The notes under the pieces were generated by a model. The model saw only the letters and a program-made list of their open reading frames with translations. It was not told the origin of the DNA and did no database searches. From assembly GCF_000485595.1 (NCBI RefSeq), contig NW_014577087.1, forward strand, positions 89,999-153,998: a stretch of 64,000 bases of DNA, read 5' to 3'. Positions 37,863-52,090 of the stretch are shown in pieces (position 1 is the first letter of the stretch; each line of letters begins with the position of its first letter). The stretch comes from Priapulus caudatus. Its lineage: Eukaryota. Position numbers and translations under genes: made by a program.

Positions 37863-40800
37863 TATATTATAATTTCCTATAATCAATGCATTTGGAGTAA
37901 CAGACATGCCGCCGTGAGGGCCGTGTCTGCTTATGCCTAACTAATTTCATATATTACTCAGTACAAGCCGTTTAAGTTAATCGATTTTTATTTTATTATC
38001 GGGTATCGATTTTATGCGGCCCGAACCGACGATGGGGAATTCTTCACAACCTGAGACATGTTATATTGGATATATACCCGTAGCTTGTTCAGTTTCAAGT
38101 TAGGAGTTGTTAAATCCGCTTGTACCATCGCGGAAGTCTTAAGCACGGAGTATGTTTGTTTCTGTGTAGTGAGAACGTGACTGAGCCTCTCGTCGTCTGC
38201 TCTTCTCTCGATTCGGTCAGCGAGTCAGCGCGTCTATGCAGATGCCAAGATCGCCATGTAAGACTAGACGCCAGAACTAACTACCTCCCTGCAATTAAAG
38301 TCTATTGCTTGTCGACTTGCGTGTAATCGTGATGAGTTGTTGATCATGTTCGTGTTAGCCCTCCCGGAGATGCCCCACCCCCACGCGTTCGGAATGGACT
38401 ACGCCGGGCCCCCTGCTTAGAATATAAATGGGTGTTTCCACGGGCGCATCAGTGCCAGGCCATTTTTCACTTGACTGATTCAGGTTTTAATGTCTACGCT
38501 AATGACGCCTCTTACATGGCCATGTGGCAAATTGCACGGTTTTTAACACAAAGAATCGCCAAAACGGGAGATCTAATACGCAGCACCTGTATTCGGTTAT
38601 AAACCGCTCGAGTTTAATATTAAAATTTGTAGACAACCGCTATAAAACGCCGAGGCCACGGCTATATAGGCGAAATGCTCGCGTAGGTATAATTCTAGCC
38701 CGCCGTTTTGCCGTCACTCTGTTTTTACGGATTTTCTAGCGTGAATCTAATAATGACGTTGCCTAAGTAGATTTCGTTCCAAACTGAAGCTATTTAAAAA
38801 AACGCGCGTTATTAAAGTTGGGAAAAGTTTGTCCGTTTTCATACACTGTTATCTTTTAATTTAGCTTATCTCTCAGGTGATGGCATTACATCGAGAGGAA
38901 TATGACAGGGTGAACGTTTTTATTTTTAATTGCATAGTTGCCTGATTTTTTTTATTTAAATCAAACAACTTCTTCACGCTAATTTTTATTCAAATTTTTG
39001 CGTTTAATTCCTCTGTCGATGTCGCTGTAAAAAGTCGATCCATTGAATGTCAGGTTTCACTCTCAATAATAATCTTTGCCTTTGTCTTCGGCTTCTATTC
39101 TTACAATAATAGCCTCTTCCTGCATGAGAATTCGATTTCGTCTTTTTACGCACAAACACGACGTTGCAACATATTTACAAAGGTAACTCTGCCCGCATCA
39201 TCCCTAGGCTAAATGTCAATTTTTAAACCGATGCACACTGTTAAACAAATTAAATCGGCTTTTACGAACAATTAAACCGCCTCGAGTCAAAATTTAGCAA
39301 CAATGAAATGCGTAGTGATCCCATTTATCCAATTATTTGGCCAAAATGGAACTTCTAATGAGTGAAGAGCTAATTTAAGCTTTTTATAATGATTGAGCTA
39401 CTATTCACGGAACCAGCTTCTTTGTTCTCTCTCATAATTGCTCTTCTTCGCGACAGAGGTTACCAACCCGTATTTCATCACCATCTTTAGACAATTTCTT
39501 TTCTGACAAAGGAAATAAATGATGGCGTATTTATTTCTTTGTCTTCTCTAGTATGCGCGTGTTTTATTTGCCAGTTCCTCTCGCCTTCTCCGCCTCTTTT
39601 CAGCTTCTCTCCACTTTTCTTTCGCACGCTCTATCAATCTTTCTCTCTGCCACTCTTCCCTTCCCACTTTATTTCTCTCGTCCTCCGTCCACCGCGCGCT
39701 TCGCGTGTGGTGTGTGTGTGTTAGTGTGTGTGTGTATACACGACACACACACACACACACACACCACACAAACACACACACACACCACGACACGGCCGAC
39801 GTGGCTGTTCTGCAGCGCGCGGCGCCGCAACACGCACACGCACCACATACACACCACACCCGACACACACACACACTAACCACACTCCACCACAGCACAA
39901 CACACAGCACTCACAATAACAGTGCTTAGCAGCCTTGCGGAATCTACTGCCGAGCATGGTCACCATTATATTATGGCTTAACTTTATGTCGCAAAAACCT
40001 GACTAACGGTCAGATATGATAAAACCGTACACTCCTTTACGTAAATGCAATGTAATGCAGAACGTATGTATATTTCACTTAGGAGCGTTCGATCTACAAT
40101 CTGGAGAAGGGGAGATGATCTGGCATGAAGGCGCAGGATGCGAGCGCGGTTAAACTGACGTACAGCTGAGCCGGTAGGGGCCGCGGAGCGAGTTGCGCCT
40201 GTATCGAACCCCGCTAGCTTATAGGATGGTTGCTTGATGCGCCGCTATGGTGTTGCGGTTTGAATACTAGGGGCACATGGTTCGCCGTTGGCTTGGAGCG
40301 GATCAGTTGCCAGGCGTGCCCCGGCCCTGAAACTTGAAAATGGCAGAGCAAGAGCAAGGAAGATGTGACATGAATAGGGAACGCAGGCACTGAAACGCGA
40401 AGAGTTAAAACTACGACCGAACTCGAGGGCGTCGCTAATTCACAGAAACCTAGGGGGACGAGTGTGTNNNNNNNNNNNNNNNNNNNNNNNNNATGTGGGT
40501 GTGTGTGTGTGTGTGTGCATGTGTGTGCGCGCGCGCGCGCGTGTGTGTGTCATGGCGCATTCGTGGCGATGGCTGGCATAAATTAATTACCTCAACATGT
40601 ATAAAAGCGGCGAAGAAAAATAACGACGTTGAAATCGATTGAATTTTGCGTCATGTGTTTTTATCCATGTTACACGGCCACTGGCGTGGCCCGGAGCGGG
40701 TTCCCCTTGAGAGTTGCAAATTGAAATAATATTAGCCTTTATAGTGCTGACTCGTGATGCAATGTCATTGACTAGCCTGTAAGAAGAATAGTTTTAGGCA

Positions 40801-41931
40801 TGAATAAGCAAAACAAATAGAACGTTGAAGATTCCTCATTAAAAGATGATAACTCGTTATGGAGCGAATCCACTTCCGTCTTATTCACCCACGCTCGCCT
40901 TTTCTCGTTCGTTCTTTCTTTATTTCTTTTTTTCTTTGTCCTTTGTTTCTCCCTATCGCTTCCTCCCTAACTCGCTGGCTCTTGCTCCTAATCTCCCGTC
41001 TCGCTCCCTCGTTATCGAAAACCCACAACTATACTCCCGAATAATTCATCATACTACGTTACCTATGCGATCCTAAAATTGTAATTTTGACAAGTGCAAA
41101 CCTATAGAGAAAATACATTCATCTGAATCGCACGCAGCATTACTCACAAATCGCAACCGCGCGGATAATTTCCATGTCTAACGTATATATCAAGCGCGCC
41201 GCCCTCGTGTGCACACGCTATCTAGTTCGCGCTATCAGCGACCCGCACTCACTATACGTGTGCATCAGCCGACGTCGAACTCGTCATATAATGACACGCG
41301 ACGCGTCTGCTCCCGTGCGGGAGATCCGCCGCTGTCACATCAGCAACGTCTTCACACGTCTGCGCGCGTGATTATTGGCGCGTGCGAAGCCGTAACGCCG
41401 AAACAATCAAGCCGACGCTCCGGTAACCACAGACGACGGTCTACATCGGCGAGCGACGGTTCCCCTATATAGCAGCAACGTGATAGTTAACAGCAATATT
41501 TATTTAGGCGCGCGCGCGATCGTGATGACTAAGAGATTTGCGTATTAAACAGAGATGGGCGCATCTTCGCATCTTGTCTCATCGCCGGGGTTCCGGCAAA
41601 TTATGGTCGCTGCTGCTGCTCGAACACAAAGGCACATGGTCAAAACATCGATAAATATTCATAACGGAGCCTCTCCGTGTACATGCGCGCGCCGCGCGGT
41701 CGCTGGACCGTAAATATTAACCGCCGAGAAATTAGTTTAGTGATGCCATCATCAACTCTTTACCACCTCTCACTGCGTCGACCTTTAACTGTTGCCGCCA
41801 TACACCGCACCGCAGATCAGCCCGTGCGCATTACACACACACATGCACACACACACGCGCGCGCGCGCACTAACACACACGTACACACACACACGCACGC
41901 ACGCACACACACACACACGCACGCACGCACA

Positions 41932-41966
<35 letters not shown>

Positions 41967-44726
41967 GACAGAGAGAGAGAGAGAGAGAGGGAGAGAGCAG
42001 CAGGAAGTACAGCGAGAGAGAGATGGCAGTGCGAGAGAGAGAGAGAGAGCAGAGAAGAGAGAGAAGAAGAAGAAGAGAGAGAGATGGGAGGTGGAGAGAA
42101 GAAGAGAGAGAGTAGAGAGAGATGGCGGAGGTGAGCACGAGAGAGGGAACAGGTGAGCACAGCAGCAAAAGAGAGAGAGACAGAGAAGAGACGAGAGAGA
42201 GAGAGAGAGGAGAGAGAGGAGAATGGAACTGTGGCTCGAAGAGAAGAGAAGCAGAGATGTGGGCCACGATCGAGGAGAGACCGCAGAGGGACGGGATAGA
42301 GCGAAAAGACGCACGACGGCGAGAGGATGCTACGTCCCAGAATCAATGACTGTCTCCAGCGACTTAATCAGGATGCAAATAANNNNNNNNNNNNNNNNNN
42401 NNNNNNNGACACACCACGAGCCGGCACGCCGACGCACAGACGACAGCGCGGAGCCGCTAGCACCGCGGCACGCCCACCACCGCCACTATCCCCACACACA
42501 TACACCACACACACACACACACACGTAGCCACACACACACGGGACACACACACACACATATAAGTAGGTACTAAATAACCATAACTATAGTATACTATAT
42601 ATACGTATATATATATATACTATATAAGTGTACATTCTATCTATATTCAGGCCTATACTGCACCGGCGACATGTATGTGGAATATCGACTGGGTTATGAT
42701 CAGAGACTTCTCGTACATGCGTCTTGAAGGTCCGCGGAAATAAAAATAACTCCCGCCGAAAAAAACCGAACATCGCAGGCGGCGAATGGATCGGCGGCGA
42801 CTATCGATTGTCGCACCCGTAACTAGGTTAAAGCGGCATTTTAAAGAACAATGCTAATCTTCCACGTGGCAACTCCCCCCTCCCTCCCCACCGCGCGCAT
42901 GGGTTGCGGCCGACCCTGGGGACTTACCCCTGTATCATCAGGTATACGGTTCAGATCGAGATCAGAATCAGAATCAGAGCATGCGGTAAGGCGCGAGAGA
43001 TATTGTTCACGTTGTTGTTAGCGGTTACTTATTATCGTTCAAGATCGCATTAATAGATTAATAGATATCAGCGCACAACGCTGTTCTCTACACTATTGAC
43101 AATGAAATTGTGAGTAATGCAATATGTCAATAATTAGGTGGCTGGCTTTAGTGAACGTGTATAATAAGGAACTAAACAAAATAACTAAATAAGGAACCCA
43201 ACACCAGAGTAAGACCAAATCGCTGATACATTTAATATTTGAGCGATTGGAATGCTTCGATGAATGAGGTATAGATAATATTATATATCGAAAGTCGATT
43301 ATATCACGCATAAAAACACAGTGTGCCACACTGATAGCACACAATGAAACCGGGCATGAGTCCTGATATCACCGTGCCATATGATATAACATCATGCTTC
43401 ATTACATGTTATTAACAAACACAGTGAATTGCTGTGTTACGTGACACATTCTACCACAAGGCACCGCCTCATTACACGCGGTAGATTGGCGCACTATAGC
43501 GTCATGGATGTCATGTACAAGCTCATAATGCTGTATGTCATGTTACCTGCTCTCAGGAGATGTCGTATCGCGGCGCTTTATTACCACGTAATGCTTTGTA
43601 ACGTGCAACGTGCTTACGCGCAATGCTATATAACATGTGGCGTGCTAGCACGATATTGTGGGTTACAAGCGATGCTTTGCTTCGGGCACACACGACCGTA
43701 TTTTGCACAGATTCCGATCGATGTTCTATTATTTACATTTTAATCAGTTGCCACATTTTCATACCGAAGTCTCATTTGAATATATTTGACATAATTAATC
43801 TAGTATGCGCTGTACGCGCAGAAAAATCGTCTTTAACTGTAATTATACAGTTTTAAGAACAAAAATCGCCCTCTCTCTATCTCTCACTCGTACGGACAAA
43901 GTACAAAGCTTCAATTTGACGTCACACGTCAATTTCAACAACGACACGATTGCTCCTGAAAGATCAATTACCAGAAATAAACTTGAAATTTAATCGATGG
44001 CTCTTTCTTCTTCTTTTTTCGTCGCTATTTCCGAATATATATATATATATTTATATTAGATAAAGGGGATATTTATATAAGATTAAGTAGATAATAGGGA
44101 ATTATTAACCTATTAATAGGAATATTAAGGGAATAATTCCTTATTATCTACTTCTGATATATATTTCTATCTATATATATATATAGAGATATCGTATCTA
44201 TCTATCGTATCTATCTACTCTATCTATTGCTATCTATCTATCTATCTACCTATCTATCTATTTCTATCTCATTATCTACCTCATCTATCCTATCTATCTT
44301 ATCTACTCTATCTATCTATCTATTTATATTTATTCTATCTATCTAGCTATATATATATATATATATATATCCATATATCTATCTATCTATTTATCTATCT
44401 ATCTCCCCTTCTCACTTTCTCTTCTTCCTCCCTCCCCCCCTCTTTCTCTATATATATATATATAGATAGAAAATATATCATCAGAAGTAGATCTAATAAG
44501 GCATGTATTCCCTTAATCATTCCTAATTTAATAGCGTTAATACATCCCTATTATGCTACTTTAATCTTTAATATAAATATCCCCTCCCTTTATCTATATA
44601 TAACATATATATATATATATTCGGCACAATAGCGCCACGCGAAAAAAGGAAGAAGAAAGCAGCACAATCGACTAAATTCAAAGTTTATTTCTGGCTAATT
44701 GNNNNNNNNNNNNNNNNNNNNNNNNN

Positions 44727-44818
<92 letters not shown>
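44727..44818. repeat. (GATA)n microsatellite
   Basis: Pure tetramer array next to a 25-N gap. Confidence 0.95.
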
Positions 44819-45459
44819 CTAAAGTTCAAAGACGACGGCGTGTCTCGTCATACAACCCTCACTGGAACTACAAGCCGACGACGAAAGAAGGACAAGTCTC
44901 ACACTGATTTGCTTCCTGTCGCAGTGAGAGGCAGCGCCACACGTACCGCTAAACGCTACAGAGCAGAGAGTTCGCGCGAAATTACCCGAATGAAACGGAT
45001 CGAATTCGAGTCCAAAACCGCAAAACCGCGCGCGGCACTTGAGGCAAAATTACACGTCTGCTTCTTACACGATCCTGAAGTGCCATCCTGCGTTCGAGCA
45101 GCTGAGAGCGGGGCTTCTGTCTTCAGGCATGCCGCGAAGTGCACTTGTTGGTTTGATACGTATTGAGTACATATTGATTATTATTGTCTATATCGGTCGA
45201 TAAAGGCCGTTTTGGCTCTCCGTCGGCCGACTGAGTGAAGAAGCGAGGTCGTTGTTGTGCTTTGCTGTATGTGGAGCGTAGAGCGTTGATGAATGAGCGC
45301 AATCAAGATGCAGGCGTGATGTTTAGGCACAGTTGGATCGCATCTTTTCGCGTCGTGAAATTTTGCAATTATGGTGCGCCAACCATTTTACGCGATAAGA
45401 CGGAAGTCGAATGCGGTTCTGTGCTGTTTATGAAATGCTGTTTTTAAGGCATTGAAGTA

Positions 45460-45650
45460 GGTTGTTGTAGCGTTTGTTGTTGTTGTTGTTGTTGCTGCTG
45501 TTGTTATTGTTGTTGTTGTTGGCGGTGGTGATGGCAATGGTAATGGTGGTGTTGGTGGCGGTGGCGGTGGCGTGGGGGTGGTGCTGGCTGTCATCGTCGC
45601 TGCCGTCGTCATCGTCGCTGCCGTCGTCATCGTCGTCGTCGCCGCCGCCG
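45460..45650. repeat. Compound triplet repeats (GTT/GGT/GTC)
   Basis: Directly visible. Confidence 0.85.
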
Positions 45651-46355
45651 TGAGGTGTTCAGACAGCAGCGGTTACGAATGCGTTGCTAGTGGCAGCGCC
45701 AGCGGCAACAGCAGTGACAATGGCCGTGACTGTGGCGAGTGCCTTGTTGCAGCAACCCTCTAATGAGTTCATCAGGCCATCAGTTTGAGCGTCGTTTGCA
45801 TGCACATCGCCCGTCTACTGGGATTCCCATGTCCGCTCGGAAATTCCTTGCAAGTTACTTAAACCATTTAGTTCGCAGTGCGTCGTAACAACCGACCATT
45901 TCGTCTGCGATGCAGTTAGATTGCACAAGCGGCCGCTCGTCATTCAGGCCGCACGTCGTTTCCCGAACCTACGAGAATGAAACGCTGCGACGAAAAAAAC
46001 GCGTTCGTTCATCGATGGTCTTATAGATGGCGCGACTGTTCTACTGCTATTGACACGGCGGGCTGGGCGTGTTTGTTGACTTCCGCCGGGAGAAGTTATC
46101 CGCATTTGTTTGCGAAGTGAATTTAATTTGCCAGTCATCTAACTTACTCTCGAGGGCCGGCGAGCGTTAGGCGCTGAACAAACAGATTGCGGCGCTTGAA
46201 GAAACAGCTATCTCTCGCGTCGTCGCGCCGGCATCCATAAAACACCGCGAGAGAATCCATGAATTGAGAGGGTGCTGGAGATCTTTCTCGCAGACAAACA
46301 AACACACGCGCCTACACTCGCGCACGCGCACATACGCGCGCGGCAGCACAGACAT

Positions 46356-46447
<92 letters not shown>

Positions 46448-48392
46448 NNNNNNNNNNNNNNNNNNNNNNNNNNNNNNNNNNNNNNNNNNNNNNNNNNNNN
46501 NNNNNNNNNNNNNNNNNNNNNNNNNNNNNNNNNNNNNNNNNNNNNNNNNNNNNNNNNNNNNNNNNNNNNNNNNNNNNNNNNNNNNNNNNNNNNNNNNNNN
46601 NNNNNNNNNNNNNNNNNNNNNNNNNNNNNNNNNNNNNNNNNNNNNNNNNNNNNNNNNNNNNNNNNNNNNNNNNNNNNNNNNNNNNNNNNNNNNNNNNNNN
46701 NNNNNNNNNNNNNNNNNNNNNNNNNNNNNNNNNNNNNNNNNNNNNNNNNNNNNNNNNNNNNNNNNNNNNNNNNNNNNNNNNNNNNNNNNNNNNNNNNNNN
46801 NNNNNNNNNNNNNNNNNNNNNNNNNNNNNNNNNNNNNNNNNNNNNNNNNNNNNNNNNNNNNNNNNNNNNNNNNNNNNNNNNNNNNNNNNNNNNNNNNNNN
46901 NNNNNNNNNNNNNNNNNNNNNNNNNNNNNNNNNNNNNNNNNNNNNNNNNNNNNNNNNNNNNNNNNNNNNNNNNNNNNNNNNNNNNNNNNNNNNNNNNNNN
47001 NNNNNNNNNNNNNNNNNNNNNNNNNNNNNNNNNNNNNNNNNNNNNNNNNNNNNNNNNNNNNNNNNNNNNNNNNNNNNNNNNNNNNNNNNNNNNNNNNNNN
47101 NNNNNNNNNNNNNNNNNNNNNNNNNNNNNNNNNNNNNNNNNNNNNNNNNNNNNNNNNNNNNNNNNNNNNNNNNNNNNNNNNNNNNNNNNNNNNNNNNNNN
47201 NNNNNNNNNNNNNNNNNNNNNNNNNNNNNNNNNNNNNNNNNNNNNNNNNNNNNNNNNNNNNNNNNNNNNNNNNNNNNNNNNNNNNNNNNNNNNNNNNNNN
47301 NNNNNNNNNNNNNNNNNNNNNNNNNNNNNNNNNNNNNNNNNNNNNNNNNNNNNNNNNNNNNNNNNNATATTTATATATATATGTGCGAGTTTATCATTTA
47401 TCACTAAGCATGCTTACATGAGCCCAAGTTTAGTTTATGTCTATTTAAAACGCGATAAAACGGTGGGCAGAATGACAGATGACTAGCATGAATGGATGAG
47501 AGCTAGGAAATCATTCGGTTAGGAAGTGCGTGCGAACATTATGCAAAGAAGCATCGATTATATTTATGGAACGGGGTCCGTTTCCAGTTTCCCGAGTACA
47601 AATACGTCAATTCCAAGTTCCGCATCACATTCTTTTATATGTATAGTGATTGTGATTCGCTCTTGGATCATGGTCAAAGTTAAGATATGGTATAGGGCTA
47701 TTGTTAAAGGGTCTAAGCTGCATGACTTTACGCAGCATCACATTTCAACTATAATTCAATTATTTCCAACGCAGTCTATATGTTTACGTGATTATCACAT
47801 GCATACACATCGTGTGAACCATACGCTTGTGAAATAGTGACACGTACATTCACGTGCCGGATTGTCACACACAAACATGCAGTTTATGCGAAATCCAGCC
47901 GTAACGCGTTAAAACTGAGAGATACATGCCGTGTTCGTAGAGTATTTATAATGGACAGGCGCTTATTTCGCACAGAACTAGTTGCATGTTATGTTCAGAC
48001 GTATATTATTATGCGGCGTTCAGCGGGCGTCTATAGCGTAACACGGATTCATCATCTGTCACCGAGAATTTATGAATATTCATTATCCTCGGCCATCATT
48101 AAACGATGGACGTTATTTCAACAATAGCGCTCGCCATCGATTCCTCTTAAATCTATTCAGCGGCGGAGCGAGATAAAACGCGCGGCTACGTAATGCATTT
48201 ACGGGCCTCGGTTATTATTATATGTCATGATAGTTAGTGCGCAGTTTGTTCATTGAAACTGACCTGCGGGACTGACGCGTTATAGAGATCGATGTTCTTC
48301 TAGAGATACACTTGAAGTGCTCCGAGCGGGCAAAACACAACTACAGCGGTGCGGCGGGCGTCCGGCTGCACCGAGACAGAAAGTTTGGCGCG

Positions 48393-48598
48393 CAGGCCCA
48401 AGGATAGAGAACATGGGTCCCAAAAAAACCAATGTGCCTAACCCTAACCCAAACCCTAATTCTAACCCTAACCCTAATCCTAACCCTAACCCTAACCCTA
48501 ACCATAACCCTAACCTATTATATTGATATAATATTATATTTATATTGATGTAAATGACATTGATTTTATTGGGACCCATGTTCTCTATCCTTGAACCG
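48393..48598. mobile_element. MITE with internal telomere-like (CCCTAA)n tract
   Basis: Inverted repeats caaggatagagaacatgggtcccaa / ttgggacccatgttctctatccttg, about 12 imperfect CCCTAA units inside, flanked by direct repeat gcgcg (48388-48392, 48599-48603); a related copy lies at 54499-54645. Confidence 0.8.
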
Positions 48599-48619
48599 GC
48601 GCGCATGCAGAGATCACTT

Positions 48620-50686
48620 AAGATAGTATAGATAGTATAGATAGCATAGATAGTATAGATAGTATAGATAGTATAGATAGTATAGATAGCATAGATAGTA
48701 TAGATAGCATAGATAGTATAGATAGCATAGATAGTATAGATAGTATAGATAGTATAGATAGCATAGATAGTATAGATAGCATAGATAGTATAGATAGCAT
48801 AGATAGTATAGATAGTATAGATAGTATAGATAGCATAGATAGCATAGATAGTATAGATAGTATAGATAGTATAGATAGTATAGATAGTATAGATAGTATA
48901 GATAGTATANNNNNNNNNNCCCTAACCCTAACCCTAACCCTAACCATAACCCTAACCTATTATATTGATATAATATTATATTTATATTGATATAAATGAC
49001 ATTGGAGATTTGGGACCCATGTTCTCTATCCTGAACCGGCGCGCATGCAGAAGATCACCTTAAGATAGATAGATAGTAAGATATGAGCATAGAAGTATTA
49101 GATAGTATAGATAGTAATTAGATAGTAAGGATAGCATAGATAGTATAGATAGCATTAGATAGTATAGATACAAGATATATAGATAGTATATGATTAGTAT
49201 AGATATGCATAGATAGTAATAGATAGCATAGATAGTAATAGTATAGCATAGATAGTATAGAGTTAGTATAGATAGTATAGATACATAGATAGCATAGATA
49301 GTATAGATAGTATAGATAAGTATAGATAGTATAATGATAGTATAGATAGTATAGATAGTATAGATAGTATAGATAGGTATAGATAGTTATAGATAGTATA
49401 GATAGTTAGTAGCATAGATAGTATAGATAGCATAGATAGTAAAGATATGCATAAGATAGTATAAGATACATAGATTAGTATAGATATGTATAGATAGTAA
49501 TAGATAGTAAAGATAGTAAGATAGTATAGATAGCATAGATAGTATAATAGATAGCATAGATAGCAATAGATAAGTATTAGAATAGTATAGATAGTATAGA
49601 TAGCATAGATTAGTATAGATACATAGGATAGTATAGATAGCATAGATATGTATAGATAGCCAATAGGATAGTATAGATAGTATAGATAGCATAGATAGTA
49701 GATAGATACATAGAGATAAGTATAGGATAAGCATAAGATAGCCAATAGATAGTATAATAGCATTAGATAGCAATAGATGTATAGATATATAGATACATAG
49801 ATAGTATAGATAAGCATAGATAGTATAGATAGATAGATAGCATAGATAGTATAGATAGTACATAGATAGTATAGATAGTACAGATGTATAGATAGTATAG
49901 ATAGCATAGATGTTATAGATAGCAATAGTTAGTATAGATAGCATAGAGATAGTATAGGATAGCATAAGCATATATAGATAGTATAGATAGTATAGATAGT
50001 ATAGATAGCAATAGATAGTATAGATAGCATAGTAGCTATAGATACATTAGATAGCAATAGATAGTATAGATGTATAGATATGCAATAGAAGTAGGCATAG
50101 ATAGTATATAGATAGGCATAGTAGTATACGATAGCAATATGATAGTAATAGATAGCATAGATAGTAATATGATAGTATAATACAATAGATAGTATAGATA
50201 GCATGAGATAGTATAGATGAGCATAGATAGCATTAGATAGTAATAAGATAGTATAGATAGCATAGATAGTATAGATAGTATATGATTAGCATAGATAGTA
50301 AATAGATAGCAGTAGATAGTAAAGATAGCATAGATAGCGATAGATAGTATATGATAGTATAGATAATATAGATAGTAATAGATAGCATAGGATAGTATAG
50401 ATAGTAATATGATAGCAAACTAGAACATAGTATAGATAGGCATAGATAGTATAGATAGTAATAGATAGTATACGATAGTATAGGATAGTAATAGATAGTA
50501 CTAGATACGCATAGATAGTATAGATAGCAATAGATAAAGTATAGATAGTATAGAAGCATAGAAGTAATAGATAGCATAGATTAGTAATAGAAGTAATAAA
50601 GATAGTATTAGATAGTATAGATAGCAAGATAGTATATGATAGTATAGATAGTATAGATAGTATAGATAGCATAGATAGTATAGATA
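48620..50686. repeat. 9-bp satellite (ATAGATAGY)n
   Basis: Clean array 48620-48909 mixing ATAGATAGT and ATAGATAGC units; noisy continuation 49062-50686. Confidence 0.95.
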
Positions 50687-50829
50687 CGAATCAGAGCGAT
50701 CGCATTTCCCTAATCGCGCACGATATTGGCTTGGCGATCGTAGAGTTTGGAGGCATGTTTCGGTGCAATTTTGCAGAGATGCAGCTAAACGTGCATGCGT
50801 GTTCTCATTCGTTTGGGTGTCAGAGAAGG

Positions 50830-51117
50830 GAGCGAGACGGATGAAGAGAGAGAAGGAAGTGGGATAGAGAGATAGAGAGAGCGAGACATGGAAAGAGAAA
50901 GCGAGAATGAGATAGAAAGAAAGAGAGAGAGAAAGAATGAGAGAGCCCGAGACAGATAGATATAGCGATAGCGAGAGAGAGAGAGAGGGGGAGAGAAAGA
51001 GTGGGAGAGAGAGATAGAGAGAGAGAGATGACCGAAGGGAGAGAGAGTAGAGAGAGGAGGCGGAGAGAGCAAGAGAAGAGAGAGAGAATAGATTAGAAAG
51101 AGAGAGACGAGAGAGAG

Positions 51118-51151
<34 letters not shown>

Positions 51152-51172
51152 AGGAGAGAGAGATAGACGAGC

Positions 51173-51209
<37 letters not shown>

Positions 51210-51379
51210 AAGAGAGAGAGGGAGGGTCGAGAGAGAGCGAGAGAGAGGCGAGAGAGAGGTGTGTGTGTGAGAGAGAAGAGAGAGCCCGAGTACAGATAGA
51301 TATATTCGATAGCTGAGAGAGAGAGAGAGAGAGAGAGAGGAAAAGAGAGAGAGAGAAAGACGAGAGTAGAGAGAAAGAG

Positions 51380-51411
<32 letters not shown>

Positions 51412-51538
51412 AAGTGAAAGGAGAGAGAGATAGAGAAGAGAGAGAGAGAGAGAAGAGAGAAGAGAGAGAGAGAAGGGGAGAGAGAGAGCGAGAGAGGAAA
51501 GAAAAGAAGAGCCCGAGACCGATAGATATATCGATAAA

Positions 51539-51584
<46 letters not shown>

Positions 51585-51831
51585 AAGAGAGAGAAAAGAG
51601 CAGAGAGAGGGAGAGAGAGAGAGAGAGAGGGAGAGAGAGAGAGAGAGGGGGGGAAAGGAAGAGAGGGATGAGAGAGAGAGAGAGAAGAGAGTAGAGAAGA
51701 GAGAAAGAGCGAGAGAGAGAAGCGCGCGATAGAGAGAGAAGAGAGAGAGGACTAGAGAGAGAGAGAGATAGAGAGAGAGACAAGAGAGGGAGAAAGACAG
51801 GAGCGAGAGAGAAAGGGAGAGAGATGATGAT

Positions 51832-51864
<33 letters not shown>

Positions 51865-52090
51865 CAGATGAGAAGGAGAGAGAGGGATGGAAAGAGAGAG
51901 GAGAGAGGATGGAGAGAAGAGAGAGAGAGAAGAGGCGGGCTGAATGGGAGAGGTAGAGAGAGAAGGAGAGGATGAAAGAGCGAGAGGAGAGAGAGAGAAG
52001 AGCGCGCGCGCGAACAAGCGATTGGAGTGAGAGAGCGAGTGAAGGGAGAGGGAGAGGAGAGAGCGAGAGCGAGAGAGAGAGAAGCGTGAG
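50830..52090. repeat. Long (GA)n-rich tract
   Basis: Directly visible, noisy. Confidence 0.9.

Noticed and set aside
40180..40260. B-box-like GGTTCGATAC on the minus strand
   Set aside because: No cloverleaf or A box, and it lies in low-quality sequence next to a 25-N gap.
43960..44701. About 230-bp inverted repeat pair (43960-44185 versus 44450-44700) resembling a large hairpin or MITE
   Set aside because: Arms differ by dense single-base indels, the structure ends at a 25-N gap, and the C/T run at about 44400-44450 loosely resembles a read-through hairpin adapter; most likely a fold-back long-read artefact.
48437..48515. (CCCTAA)n as a true chromosome end
   Set aside because: Short, imperfect and enclosed by TIRs with ordinary sequence on both sides.
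48920..49060. Apparent third copy of the CCCTAA MITE
   Set aside because: It repeats 48485-48620 including the unique downstream flank directly after a 10-N gap; a contig-overlap or gap-fill duplicate rather than an independent insertion.
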